Shown here one piece after another: positions 63,215 to 64,000 of a stretch of 64,000 nucleotides of DNA. The translations under genes were made by a program, and so were the position numbers. The notes beneath the pieces were generated by a model. The model ran no database searches and had not been told where the DNA came from. It saw nothing but the letters and a program-made list of their open reading frames with translations. This DNA comes from Eubacteriales bacterium (GTDB lineage Bacteria; Bacillota; Clostridia; Christensenellales; UBA1242). How positions within the stretch are numbered: position 1 is the first letter of the stretch; the number at the start of each line of letters is the position of its first letter. The stretch is taken from the NCBI GenBank assembly GCA_018384735.1, contig JAHAXB010000031.1, positions 46,117 through 110,116 of the forward strand, given 5' to 3'.

Positions 63215-64000
63215 ATGTTGTATAAAAGCTGGCTTTATGAATGGTTAGAAAATTATGTAAAGCCGTCCAGTAAAACTAGGACTTATACAAGGTATAAACA
63301 AATTGTTAATATGCATATCATAAGCAAAATCGGCGATTGTGAGTTGAATGATATAACTCCTGCGCTTCTTCAAAATCTAGTTGCTGAATTATTAAACAAT
63401 GGTAATAAACGTACCTTTACAGGTCTTTCTGCAAACTCTGTTAATTCAGTTATATCTGTTTTGCAGAACTCGTTAAAAACAGCAAATATGCTTTGCTATA
63501 CAAAAACTTATGTGGCAGATAAAATCATTCGTCCTAGGATAACCGAAAAGCAAGTTGAATGTTTTTCTTTGTCTGAACAAAAAAAGATAGAAGCATACTG
63601 CATGCAGAGCAAGAAGAAACTATATGGCATTGTAATTTGTCTTTATACTGGTTTGCGAATAGGGGAGTTATTAGCACTTAAATTTTAGGATATTGATTTT
63701 AATAAATCACTTATGTATATATCTAAAACATGTTTTGATAGTCCTAATGGCAGAATAACTGAAACACCGAAGACAAATTCTTCCAATCGAATCATACCTT
63801 TGCCAAAACAAATTTTAGGTTTGGTAAAAGAACTTAAAAGAAATTCCAATTCTGAATATTTAATTACAGATTTGGATAAACCAGTTGCTGTCCGTTCTTA
63901 TCAACGCACCTTTGAATTATTACTTAAAAAGTTACATATTCAGCATAAAGGTTTTCATTCGCTTCGTCATACTTTTGCCACTCGTGCTTTGGAGTGTGGA
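63215..64000 (+). pseudogene. Tyrosine recombinase (phage-integrase family) interrupted by an in-frame TAG at 63686-63688; 3' end beyond the window
   Basis: AAGGAG RBS. N-terminal SAM-like domain MLYKSWLYEWLENYVKPS. Catalytic Arg box YTGLRIGELLALKF-stop-DIDF. The same frame continues without a stop to HSLRHTFATRALECG (the HxxR box). Confidence 0.7.

Larger units (their letters stand above)
61039..64000. mobile_element. Left part of an AT-rich integrative element (prophage, ICE or island) abutting the 3' end of tRNA-Ser; continues beyond the window
   Basis: Base composition and codon style shift abruptly right after the tRNA. A serine recombinase and a tyrosine integrase lie within 3 kb. The tRNA-adjacent location fits integration. 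Confidence 0.6.

Noticed and set aside
63686-63688. The in-frame TAG in the integrase read as pyrrolysine or other stop-codon recoding.
   Set aside because: TAG is used as a genuine terminator by the dacB-like gene, parB and pgk in this window. There is no other in-frame TAG in a conserved gene. A nonsense mutation or a sequencing error is more parsimonious.
1-64000. Alternative genetic code (code 4, TGA as Trp), considered because of the reduced, Mollicutes-like protein architectures.
   Set aside because: TGA cleanly terminates lepB, ttcA and mnmA at the expected protein ends. Conserved Trp positions are encoded by TGG.

Overview
64-kb chromosomal segment of a low/mid-GC, apparently endospore-forming Firmicutes-type bacterium. 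It uses the standard code 11: TAA, TAG and TGA all terminate recognisable genes, and Trp is TGG. I call about 66 protein-coding genes, 3 tRNAs (Leu-AAG, Pro-GGG, Ser-GCT), one tRNA 5' fragment, no rRNA and no CRISPR array.

Most of the window is housekeeping and origin-proximal in flavour:
- potB and a potC-potD fusion
- a DD-carboxypeptidase, spoIVB, trxB-trxA, ttcA, uppP, radC, lepB-miaA
- leuS-gyrA-gyrB, murB, tsaC
- the string gltX-ybaB-orf-dnaX-parA-parB
- cvpA, recF, pyk-gmk-glyQS-serS-orf-dnaN
- mnmA-truA, dus, rplK-rplA, pgk-tpi-gpmI

dnaA is not next to dnaN, and I could not find DnaA-box clusters.

Main observations:
1. The tpi gene in the pgk-tpi-gpmI operon has both canonical catalytic residues (His95, Glu165) replaced.
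2. Three perfect copies of a symmetric parS variant, TGTTTAACGTTAAACA, lie upstream of parB, and the gene order is parB then parA.
3. Many first-in-operon genes carry a -10 hexamer only 6-8 nt upstream of the ATG with no Shine-Dalgarno, which points to leaderless mRNAs.
4. An AT-rich integrative element begins just 3' of tRNA-Ser (61.0 kb to the window end). It carries a large serine recombinase, a ~150-bp nested inverted-repeat structure directly upstream of it, a ~190-bp concentric palindrome, and a tyrosine integrase interrupted by an in-frame TAG.
5. There are several lineage-specific gene sets: a tandem paralog pair with duplicated promoters at 37-39.2 kb, a three-gene cluster at 17.9-20 kb, a Cys-rich repeat surface protein at 3.1-4.4 kb, and a small AT-rich XRE/zinc-ribbon islet at 27.9-28.6 kb.

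All functional calls come from motif recognition by eye. No database search was possible.
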